Assembly (NCBI GenBank): GCA_965248925.1
Contig: CBDFLE010000006.1
Span: 3,904,001-3,968,000 of the forward strand
DNA: 64,000 bases
Source of the DNA: Candidatus Multivoradales bacterium
GTDB taxonomy: Bacteria > Acidobacteriota > Thermoanaerobaculia > Multivoradales > J023
Direction: 5' to 3'
In this document: piece by piece, positions 56,006 through 64,000 of the stretch
How positions within the stretch are numbered: position 1 is the first letter of the stretch
Layout: each line of letters begins with the position of its first letter
Notes under the pieces: generated by a model
Told to the model about the DNA's origin: nothing
The model's input: only the letters and a program-made list of their open reading frames with translations
Databases searched by the model: none
Translations under genes and position numbers: made by a program

Positions 56006-58534
56006 CAGACCTCCTGACCTACCCCTCCTAACCCTCTGAAAACACAGGACCGCCCCTCAGAGGTGGTGCGGACCCAAAACTGTCCGCTTTTTTCGGTGCC
56101 GAGGCATGATCGAGCATGGCACTGACGAGCGAGCACACCGTCCTGTTCCCAGACCACGCCGGGGTCCCCGATGGGGTTGTGGTGATCAACGACCGCTGCC
56201 GCCTCCAGCAGAGGGGCGGCTATCGGGTGGTGGTGGTCAGCGGCATGCCGCTCGCTCACTTCGCTGCCGGCGACAGGACAGGCGAGGCCCACGCGATGGT
56301 GAGTCTCGTTGAATTGGGCTGGGCACAGCAACGCGAGGTGGCCCTTGCGTTCGCTTGTGATGTGCGGACTGTGCGCCGGAATCAGCGCCGCTTCGAAGAA
56401 GGTGGGCTGGCTGCTCTGGGCCGGCCGCGCGGTTTTCCCCGGGGTCAGTCTCGGGTAGCGCAGGGCCGCCTGGACGCGGTCAACGGCTGGAAGGCCGAGG
56501 GTGTGTCGAATCGCGAGATTGGCCGGCGGCTGGGCATCGATGAGAAGGCCGTTCGCAAGCTCGCCAAGCGCCTGGGCTGGAAAGAGCGGTCGGTAGTGCA
56601 GATGACGATGCCCTTCGAGAGTGCGGACCCAAAACTGTCCGGCTCTGATGAGCAGCAGGTCGACGGCCCCCTGAAAACTGCGGATCTTGCGCTCGACGCT
56701 GAGGGTGGCGGTGACCCAGCGGCTGCGGACCCAAAACTGTCCGCTTCTGCGTCCGAGCAAGATCAGGTTCCCCTCTCGCTGGACCTCGATCCAGCGGATC
56801 GCGCCAGCGATCGGCTGCTGGCGAGGCTGGGATTCCTCGATGATGCGGCGCCGATCTTCGGAGCGGCGACCCAGCTACCGGGCGCCGGTGCTCTGCTGGC
56901 GATTCCCGCCCTGGTGGACAGCGGCGTGCTCTCCATCGCGCAGGAGCTGTACGGCAGCATCGGGCCGGCCTTCTATGGGCTGCGCACCACTCTGGTAACC
57001 CTGCTGCTGATGGCACTGTTGCGGGTCAAGCGACCCGAAGGGCTCAAGGAGCGCTCACCCCGGCATTTGGGTCAGCTTCTCGGGCTCGACCGAGCGCCGG
57101 AAGTGAAAACCTTGCGCAACAAGCTCGCTCGGCTGGCCGCGCATGGCCTGGCCGCGGATCTCGGTCGCGCCCTCGCTCAGCGCCGGGTCGCCACCAGGGG
57201 CCATGCCATGGGCTTCCTCTACGTGGACGGGCATGTGCGCGCCTACCACGGTGGCCGAGAGATTCCCAAGACACACGTAGCGCGGATGCGGATCGCGATG
57301 CCGGCCACCACCGACTACTGGGTCAACGATGCTGAGAGCGAGCCTCTCTTCGTGGTTCCCACCGAGGCCAACAAGGGGCTTGCGACGATGCTTCCCCTCA
57401 TTCTCGAAGAGGTACGAAAGCTACTCGGAGACCGGCGAGTCACCGTCGTCTTCGACCGTGGGGGTTGGAGCCCGAAGCTGTTTGCGAAGCTCATCGCCAA
57501 GAAGTTCGACATCCTCACATACCGAAAGGCCCCCTTTCGTCCGGTGCCGTTGAGCAAGTTCGGGCAGATCAAGGACACGATCCACGGGCGGAAGCTCGAG
57601 TACCTCCTCGCCGATCAGCGTATCTACCTCGAGTATGGCCCGAGGAAGAAGCGCAAGCGGCTGTACCTGCGCCAGGTCACCCGCCTCTGCGACAACGGCC
57701 ACCAGACGTCCATCATCACCTCCCGCCGCGACCTCTCCACACTCGAGGTCGCCTACCGCATGTTCGATCGTTGGAGGCAAGAGAACTTCTTCAAATACCT
57801 GCGCGAAGAATTCGCACTCGATGCCCTGGTGGACTATGGCACCGAGCCAGCGGACGCCGCCCGCGATGTGCCGAATCCCGAGCGCGGCAAGATCAATGCA
57901 GAGCTGCGCAAAGCTCACGCACATCTCGAGCAGCTCCGGGCCCACATCGGGATCGCTGCTCTTGAAAACCGCGAGGATCGGCGGCGCACGATGCGCGGAT
58001 TCAAGATCGCCAACGCCGCCATCTCCGCCAGGGTCCGGGCAGCGATAGAGCAGATCACCGAACTCGAGAACCAGCGCGCGACCCTCCCCGTCCGCGTCCC
58101 CGTCCAAGAGGTCGTCGAAGCGGATGTCATCAAGCTGTCCGTCGAGCGCAAGCACCTCACCGATATTCTCAAGATGGTCGCCTACCAGGCCGAAGGTGAT
58201 CTTCTCCGGCTCCTATCACCCCACTACCGCCGCACCGAGCAGGAGGGACGCACCCTGATCCAAAGCGCTTTCGCGGCCGGCGGCGATATGGAGGTTACCG
58301 ACACCGTGCTGCTCCTTTCCATCGACCCGCTCAGCTCTCCCCACAAGACGGCGGCGATCGCCGCCGTCTGCGAAGAACTCAACGCTACCGCCACCCACTT
58401 CCCCGGCACCGAGCTACGGATGCGGTTCGCGATCAAGAAGGCGCCACCCCGGAGCCTGGCCTTCCCAGGGCCTCGGAACACCTCCGGAGAGGCTCAACCG
58501 GACATTTGAGAAAAAGGGTATGTCAGGAGTTCTG
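56006..58534 (+). mobile_element. Nested insertion sequence (DDE transposase with N-terminal HTHs)
   Basis: Terminal IRs CAGACCTCCTGAC / GTCAGGAGTTCTG; 5-bp target duplication GGTTC at 56001-56005 and 58535-58539. Confidence 0.92.
56116..58509 (+). CDS. Transposase (797 aa; two HTH motifs + YVDGH, VVFDRGG, RWRQENFFK)
   Basis: DDE catalytic motifs of the IS4/IS1634-like superfamily; fills the IR-bounded element. Confidence 0.88.
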   Translation: MALTSEHTVLFPDHAGVPDGVVVINDRCRLQQRGGYRVVVVSGMPLAHFAAGDRTGEAHAMVSLVELGWAQQREVALAFACDVRTVRRNQRRFEEGGLAALGRPRGFPRGQSRVAQGRLDAVNGWKAEGVSNREIGRRLGIDEKAVRKLAKRLGWKERSVVQMTMPFESADPKLSGSDEQQVDGPLKTADLALDAEGGGDPAAADPKLSASASEQDQVPLSLDLDPADRASDRLLARLGFLDDAAPIFGAATQLPGAGALLAIPALVDSGVLSIAQELYGSIGPAFYGLRTTLVTLLLMALLRVKRPEGLKERSPRHLGQLLGLDRAPEVKTLRNKLARLAAHGLAADLGRALAQRRVATRGHAMGFLYVDGHVRAYHGGREIPKTHVARMRIAMPATTDYWVNDAESEPLFVVPTEANKGLATMLPLILEEVRKLLGDRRVTVVFDRGGWSPKLFAKLIAKKFDILTYRKAPFRPVPLSKFGQIKDTIHGRKLEYLLADQRIYLEYGPRKKRKRLYLRQVTRLCDNGHQTSIITSRRDLSTLEVAYRMFDRWRQENFFKYLREEFALDALVDYGTEPADAARDVPNPERGKINAELRKAHAHLEQLRAHIGIAALENREDRRRTMRGFKIANAAISARVRAAIEQITELENQRATLPVRVPVQEVVEADVIKLSVERKHLTDILKMVAYQAEGDLLRLLSPHYRRTEQEGRTLIQSAFAAGGDMEVTDTVLLLSIDPLSSPHKTAAIAAVCEELNATATHFPGTELRMRFAIKKAPPRSLAFPGPRNTSGEAQPDI

Positions 58535-60339
58535 GGTTCAGCGACCGTGTCATCCCGAGATCGGCCAGCAGTAGAGCCACTGGCTTGGATGTCATGCTCG
58601 AACCGCGGTCCGAGTGCAAGGTAAGTCGATCTCGCTCAACACCTTGCTTCTCAACACTGTCGGCGATCAACCGCTTCGCGAGCCCTCCGGACTCGCGGCA
58701 GGCGAGCATCCAGCCGACGATGTAGCGGCTGAAGACGTCCAGAATTACGTAAAGGTAGTAGTGGGTCCACTTCACCGGGCCCTTGAGCTTGGTGATGTCC
58801 CACGACCACACCTCGTTCGGCCCTGTGGCCAGCAGTTCGGGCTTGGTGTAGTTGGGATGACGCCGCTGACGGCGTCGCTCGCGCAGCTCGCCCTCAGACT
58901 CCAGGACCCGGTACATGGTGCGCACCGAGCAGATATGGCGCTGATCCTCGTCCAGCAGCGCCGCCCAGACTTGACGCGGCGAGCGGTCGACGAAGCGCTC
59001 CGAGTGCAACACATCGAGGACCTCCTGGCGTTCAGCGGGCGTCAATGCCAGCGGCGGTCGAGGCCGCGTTGATAGCTGCGGCCCTGCGCTCTGCTGCCGA
59101 CGGCGGCGATAGAAAGTGGCTCTGGGGACCGCCAAGGCGACGCAGGCTGCTTGCACCCCCACCGTCTCGGCCAGCGGCGCCACAGCGCTCATGGCTGGCT
59201 CTCGCTCGGCTCGATCCCTAGCAGCCGGGAAAGTTTTTTTTGGACATCGATGATCGTCTCGGCTTTGTACAGCTGATGCTTGAGCCGGGCATTCTCACGC
59301 TCAAGCTCCGCGACGCGGCGGGCCTCGGCAGAGACCGGTCGACGCTTGCGACCGCGCTTCTTCGACAGACCGGCCAGAGCTCCCGTGTCGCGCTGACGGC
59401 GCCACGTCGACAGTAGCGAGGAATACAGACCCTCCTGGCGAAGCAGGGCGCCAATCTCGCCGGGCTTGCTACAGGCGTCGGCGGCCTGGACGATGCGCAG
59501 CTTGTACGACGCGCTGTACCGCCGCCGCTTCGCCTTCTCAGCTACCTCGGGATCTGGTCGGTCAGCACCCATATCTCGCAGCTCGTGGCTTGGACTCGCC
59601 ATGGTGATTGCTCTCCACACCCTCACTAATTTCTCGGTACTTGAGTGTCTCACTTACATTGGCACAGAGGGATCGCGCTATTGCATCCTCGGGTGCGCGC
59701 AGTCGCAGCTTGTCGATCGCCAGGGCGGCACTCTTGACGCCCGCCAAGCTACGCCAGCGAGGCTCCACCCGCAGCACCTGCCGGCGGTGGTTGAGTGGCG
59801 CGTGGAGCAAGCAGGCGAAGGCTTCCTCGGTAGTGGGCGCGGAATGTTGCTGGGCCTGGGCTGGGTCCAAGCGGTTGCAAGCGACTTGCCGCGCTGCGGA
59901 TTGGAGTCTGAGAATGGCGCTCGGTGGAGTCTTGAGAACGATCTTCGTTGCTTCGCTCTTCGTCTCGGCAGTCTCCGCACCACCCTCGGCCGCTGCCTTG
60001 GTCTTGCCGCTCTGTGTCTCGATCTTGGACTTGGTCTTGATCGTGGGCAGCTTCGCCAGAGTGTCTTGCCGCTTGCCGTGGGTGGCCTCGCGGACTTTGC
60101 GGAGCAGCTCAGCAGGGTCGGGCTTGGTGTTTTCGTTGAGCAGCTCGCCAAGATCGAGGCCCATTCCGCGGGCGCAGGAGAGTAGTTGGTAGCCGGTCAG
60201 CTTGAACACTGGCCGGGTGAGTGCCTCCCGAGTCCAGCCCCGAGCGTGACCGCTGGCCCGGTCGACAGCAGGTTGGCGGCCGCGGTGAAAAGCGAAGTCG
60301 CGGAGCAGGGCCCGACGCAGCTGTTCAATCCGCTGCTTG

Positions 60340-60603
60340 TTCTCGCTATTCATCCCCCAGGCTCCATTGAATTGATCTCAAGCTCTCGCGCTTCGATCAT
60401 AGCGCAATTCCTGGGCTTTCCGGCTGACGCCAAGGTATATAGATCCGGCAGTACAGGTCACTTCTCTGCAAAATGGGGTGCCGTCTATAGATCGATCCGA
60501 TGAAACTTGCTGCTCTGGTGGATTCCTTCGCTGACTAAGGTGCGGCCCATGAGTGACGAAACACTGATCTGGGACGCCGCTTCGCGGGATCAAATCGAGG
60601 CGA
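60340..60603 (+). promoter_or_regulatory. Divergent control region copy B2
   Basis: Near-identical to 45037-45300. Confidence 0.7.
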
Positions 60604-60823
60604 AGGCGCGGGCGCTGATGCTAGGGGTCGCTAGGTGGCTAGCGCGCCGCGGTCGGGGCACATGAACGCTCCAGCGGTCGCTCCGATCGTGCTACAGCAG
60701 GCCCGCGCAGCACTGCTTGAAGTCGCGACGCACTTGGTTCAGTTCGGGCTCAAGTCCCTCAGCTTGCTGACTACAGAAAACGCCGCCTCCCTCGCGGACA
60801 GTCGGTCAGCTGGGTGGATATAG
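60549..60823 (+). CDS. Two coupled micro-ORFs (60549-60665, 60662-60823), copy 2
   Basis: Same frames and ATGA overlap as 45246-45520. Confidence 0.5.
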
Positions 60824-61065
60824 GACCGACCGATTTAGGATCTGGCGAGGGAATCAGCCCTCGCTTTGACCCGCGCCGGCTGGCGACCTTCTGCTGTTGG
60901 CAGTTCCCCCTGCCGCGGTCGCTGGTCGGCTGTTTTGTCCGCAGTAAGACTCGAACCAGGGGGCCGCCCTCCAAGTGGGTGGCGTTGGCCCGGCCGGTGG
61001 GGTTCGGAGCGTGAGTGCTTGGGCGCTCGCGCTTCCCCCTCGCAGCCACCGGCCGGGCTTCTCTG
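60801..61065 (+). ncRNA. Candidate structured RNA, copy 2
   Basis: All stems of 45498-45762 are retained; an A>G change (TTGGAC>TTGGGC) adds a pair to the inner stem. Confidence 0.5.
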
Positions 61066-61082
61066 TTGGGCGTGGCTGCGAC

Positions 61083-61904
61083 TTACTGTTTGACTGCTTG
61101 GCGCAGAAAGACAGTATTGGCGACCGACACCGTCTTGCCGTCTTGGTCGAGCAGGGTCAAGGTTGGAGTGATCGCTTTCAGCGTGCCGCGCTGGCCTTGA
61201 ATCTCGATTGGCTGACCGATGACGAAGACCCGGCGGGCGTAGAAACCGGCCAGGATGCTGTGGGTGACTTCGCGGCTGCCGAGGCCGAATGACAGACCGA
61301 AGGCCAACGCCAGTCCAGCCAGCGAGCAGAAAGTGACGATGCGGACGATGTCGGTGTCGATTCCCAACTGGCTGAAGGCCATGATGCCGGCGATGAACAG
61401 GATCAGGCCGGAGATCGCACTGCCCATGGCCGAGCCGGCATCGAAGCCAGAACTTTTCGCCGCCTGGCCGACCGCGCGGCCGGCAAAGGGACCCGCCAGG
61501 CTGCCAAGCAGCAAGATCAGGAGGGCCGAAACCAGGTTGGGCATGAAGGCAAGGAACGATCCCAGGGCTTGCGATACCGCTGTCAGGCCGAGTCCGTCTG
61601 CGGCGGTGCGGGCAAACAAGAAAAGCAACAGGAAGTAAACCAGCCGCGGTAACAACTGACTCATTGGCTGGCGGATGCCGATCCGGCTTACCGCCTGGTC
61701 GATGCCCACTTTCTGCGCCAGGGAGTCGACTCCGACTCGACTCAGCAAGCCGCGCAGCAGGCGCTCGACGAGTTTGGATACCACCAGGGCGACGATCAGC
61801 AAGATGAGGCCGGTGAGCACCTTTGGGGCGGCGCCGATCACCGAACTCACCAGCTGCTGGTAAGTCTCGATCAGCTCGCTCTTGATCAGCAGGGTCGTTT
61901 CCAT
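61083..61904 (-). CDS. Small-conductance mechanosensitive channel / CmpX-like TM-helix protein (intact target gene)
   Basis: TM_helix repeats (FMPNLVSALLILLLG), AFGLSFGLGSRE, short MscS beta domain. Confidence 0.88.
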   Translation of the reverse strand: METTLLIKSELIETYQQLVSSVIGAAPKVLTGLILLIVALVVSKLVERLLRGLLSRVGVDSLAQKVGIDQAVSRIGIRQPMSQLLPRLVYFLLLFLFARTAADGLGLTAVSQALGSFLAFMPNLVSALLILLLGSLAGPFAGRAVGQAAKSSGFDAGSAMGSAISGLILFIAGIMAFSQLGIDTDIVRIVTFCSLAGLALAFGLSFGLGSREVTHSILAGFYARRVFVIGQPIEIQGQRGTLKAITPTLTLLDQDGKTVSVANTVFLRQAVKQ

Positions 61905-61910
61905 GGGTTC

Positions 61911-62234
61911 CTACCTTGGGTTCTGTGGGTTCTGTGGGTTCTGTGGGTTCTGTGGATTCTGTGGGTTCGAAGGATGCTCATCGACGTTGGCGTCTGGGTC
62001 GCTGCCAAAAAGCGCGCCTAGCCACTCCATCAAGACCAGAATCGGACCGTGCCAGCCCAGCTCGACCACTTGGGTGCCGAGATCGCGACGCTCGATCCTC
62101 CGTCGGATCCGGCCGAAAAATCCTTGGTGAGGGACTTCGCGCAAGCTGGCCAGCTCGGCGATTGGCTCGCCGGTGTCGATGTCGTCGTTGTCATTCGTCG
62201 ACAGCTCGTCCGCTCGGTCCTTGCCGGTGCTCAC
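61911..62234 (-). CDS. Small protein downstream of the ECF sigma factor (candidate anti-sigma) with NPQ repeat tail
   Basis: Overlaps the sigma stop; FFGRIRRRIERR; 9-bp tandem repeat. Confidence 0.6.
   Translation of the reverse strand: MSTGKDRADELSTNDNDDIDTGEPIAELASLREVPHQGFFGRIRRRIERRDLGTQVVELGWHGPILVLMEWLGALFGSDPDANVDEHPSNPQNPQNPQNPQNPQNPR
61918..61967. repeat. 9-bp tandem repeat GGGTTCTGT x~5.5
   Basis: Seen directly; encodes (NPQ)n. Confidence 0.95.
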
Positions 62235-62848
62235 TTGGTGGCCCTCATTGGTCCGGCGCCGTAGCGCTGGCGAAACTCTTCCCGCGCCCGCTTGATCCGC
62301 ATCTTCACCGCCGACAGCCCAAGGTCGAGGATCTCGGCGATCTCTTGGTAGGTCATGCCGTCGACATCGCGCATTACCAGGGGCAGGCGGAGGTTGTCGG
62401 TCAGTTGGTCGAGCACTTGCTGAATGCGTAGTCGGGCGCGTCCGGCCTCTAGATCACGTTCGGCATGCGAGCGAGTGCGCAGTTCAGGGGCGATTTGCAG
62501 GCCCTCTTCTTCCAGGCTGACCATGGTTTGGCGGCGCTTCTTCTCAAGATGATTCAGGCAGTGATTGACTTTAATGCGCTGTAGCCAGGTGCGGAACTTT
62601 GCCCGCCCTTCGAAGCTGGAGAGATGAAAGAACACTTTGACAAACACTTCTTGCGACAGATCCTCGGCGTCATTTGGTGAACGGGTCAGGTAGCGGCAAT
62701 TGGCCAGTACTCGCTGCTGGTGGCGGTGGACCAAGGCTTCGAAGGCTCGCAGATCCCCTTTCGGGGAGCCGCAAGCCGCCACCACCAACTCCTCGTCGGT
62801 GAGCGCCTGGATCGTTGGGCTGTTGAGCGTCTGACTGTCAGGCGTCAC
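62231..62848 (-). CDS. ECF sigma-70 factor
   Basis: AFEALV, DAEDLSQEVF, FRTWLQRI, TYQEIAEIL, VKMRIKRAR motifs. Confidence 0.93.
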   Translation of the reverse strand: MTPDSQTLNSPTIQALTDEELVVAACGSPKGDLRAFEALVHRHQQRVLANCRYLTRSPNDAEDLSQEVFVKVFFHLSSFEGRAKFRTWLQRIKVNHCLNHLEKKRRQTMVSLEEEGLQIAPELRTRSHAERDLEAGRARLRIQQVLDQLTDNLRLPLVMRDVDGMTYQEIAEILDLGLSAVKMRIKRAREEFRQRYGAGPMRATK

Positions 62849-63172
62849 GGAAGGCTCCTGTTACCCCAGAGATCGAGATCGCCGTTGGCCGCTCAATAGC
62901 ATCGGTTTCACAGACCGGCCTGGGAGCTGAAAGTCACTCTGAATGAGAGTAGGGCAGAGGATATAGGAGTTTGGGCGACTCCCAAGTGAGGCGGCTGCTA
63001 GATTCGATGTGACTTTATCTACCAGCCGAAGTCAGTAGGTACATTCGATAGCAAGTTCTGCTCGCCATAGAGTGGGTACGTTCTTGGGCTGGTTCTGCAG
63101 TCGGACTTGCAGCGGTCTCTCGGTAGAGAGACCGCTGCAAGACGGCAAATCACCTGTGAGGAGAAGAGGAAG

Positions 63173-64000
63173 ATGAGGAGCATAGAGAACATTAGATTGC
63201 GGCGGAGATGGGTATTGGCCGTAGGTTTGGCGATGGTCATTGGCCTGCTGCCGGCGACCTTGAACGCCCAAGAAGGCGAGGCGAATGAGGCACCGGCCGC
63301 TACCGAGGTAGGGACCTCGCCAGCCGAGCCGGAGGTCGCAGCGCCAGGCGCTGAAGAGCAGGCCACCGACGATGTGGCGGAGGTCGCCAGTGGTGCGGTG
63401 GCGACCTCCGGTGCGGTGTTGCAGGCCAGCGGTGAAGCGGTGACCTCGGCGGCGGTGGAGACCGCCGACACCATGGTGGCTGGCGGCGAAGCGGTGCTGG
63501 CAACTGGCGACAAGGCGGTCAATGATTGGTTGATACCGATTTGGGCGCGGTTCGCCGCCGCCTTTCCGTCGGTGCTCAAGGCTTTCTTGGTCTTGCTCGG
63601 TTTCTGGATCGCAGCCATCCTGGTAAGCCGTTCGGTCGCCTGGCTGTTGGGCAAGACGACACTCGATCAACGGCTGGTCAAGGAGTGGGGAATACAGAAC
63701 CTGTTCGAGTCCAAAGAGACCGGACGCACGGTCGAATCGACGGTGGCGACGGTGGTCAAGTGGTTTATTCTGCTCTTTGGTTTTGTTGCTTTTTTCGATG
63801 CTCTGGAGTTGGGCATGGTCGCCGGGCCGTTGCAGAACATCCTCAATCAGATCACCAGCGCGGTGCCCAAGCTATTGAAGGCCGCGGTCATCTTGCTCGG
63901 CTATTGGGTGCTGGGCTCGATCCTGCGAGTGCTGGCCACCAAGGGCCTGCAAGCGATGAAGTTCGACGACCGTGTCGGACGTTTTATCGCCAGCCGCAAG
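63173..64000 (+). CDS. CmpX/MscS-like TM-helix-repeat protein with acidic N-terminal extension; runs off the window end
   Basis: Open frame MRSIENIR...FPSVLKAFLVLLGFWIAA...AVPKLLKAAVILLGYWVLG. Absent from the ORF track because it has no stop in the window. Confidence 0.85.
   Translation, partial: MRSIENIRLRRRWVLAVGLAMVIGLLPATLNAQEGEANEAPAATEVGTSPAEPEVAAPGAEEQATDDVAEVASGAVATSGAVLQASGEAVTSAAVETADTMVAGGEAVLATGDKAVNDWLIPIWARFAAAFPSVLKAFLVLLGFWIAAILVSRSVAWLLGKTTLDQRLVKEWGIQNLFESKETGRTVESTVATVVKWFILLFGFVAFFDALELGMVAGPLQNILNQITSAVPKLLKAAVILLGYWVLGSILRVLATKGLQAMKFDDRVGRFIASRK

Larger units (their letters stand above)
55497..59674 (-). mobile_element. IS3-family insertion sequence (orfA 59189-59602; orfB 59192-58535 + 56005-55537) carrying a nested IS
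   Basis: Imperfect 23-bp IRs TGTGTCAATGAAAGTGAGACACT (55502) and AGTGTCTCACTTACATTGGCACA (ends 59666). orfB has WSWDIT, HSDRG and NDNPFSEAQFKTLK DDE motifs; A7 slippery run at ~59234. Confidence 0.92.
54598..60353 (-). pseudogene. HTH+TPR protein copy 2, interrupted by IS insertion at 55497-59674
   Basis: 60353-59675 and 55496-54598 together reproduce 43473-45050. Confidence 0.9.

Noticed and set aside
61918-61967. Possible iteron or regulatory repeat
   Set aside because: Simple 9-bp coding microsatellite (NPQ) at a protein C-terminus.

Overview
High-GC bacterial window. The 'F-x-DGFESGD-x-SAW' motif and the HTH-TPR protein family suggest Acidobacteriota (Thermoanaerobaculia-like); this is inference only. 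1-2.2 kb: a PHP+ATPase gene (TrlF/Ppl-like, defence-type). 2.4-26.4 kb: a Wza/Wzc/Wzx exopolysaccharide or capsule locus with a nonulosonic-acid pathway (neuB, neuC, neuA), two methyltransferases and a nucleotidyltransferase-kinase fusion. 26.4-36 kb: housekeeping and peptidoglycan-remodelling genes (vanZ-like, metF, dacB, M20 peptidase, mpaA, L,D-transpeptidase, DUF481 barrel). 36-61 kb is the most interesting part: two tandem copies of a ~9.8 kb module, bounded by direct repeats of the 3' end of an mscS/CmpX-like gene. Each module carries a Sec-signal, Cys-rich Rhs toxin with a swapped papain-like (H...GPNSNTF) tip, immunity-like lipoprotein or membrane genes, a tyrosine-recombinase relic and an XRE-HTH+TPR (RRNPP-like) regulator. 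It also carries a control region with paired GATCTATAGATC-like palindromes that is copied again in front of the Rhs gene, two coupled micro-ORFs and a ~260-nt densely structured + strand region. In module 2 the orphan immunity genes still carry the last 15-35 codons of lost toxins, and the regulator is broken by an IS3-family element that is itself broken by a second IS. 61-64 kb: mscS/CmpX-like genes around an ECF sigma factor and a candidate anti-sigma factor.
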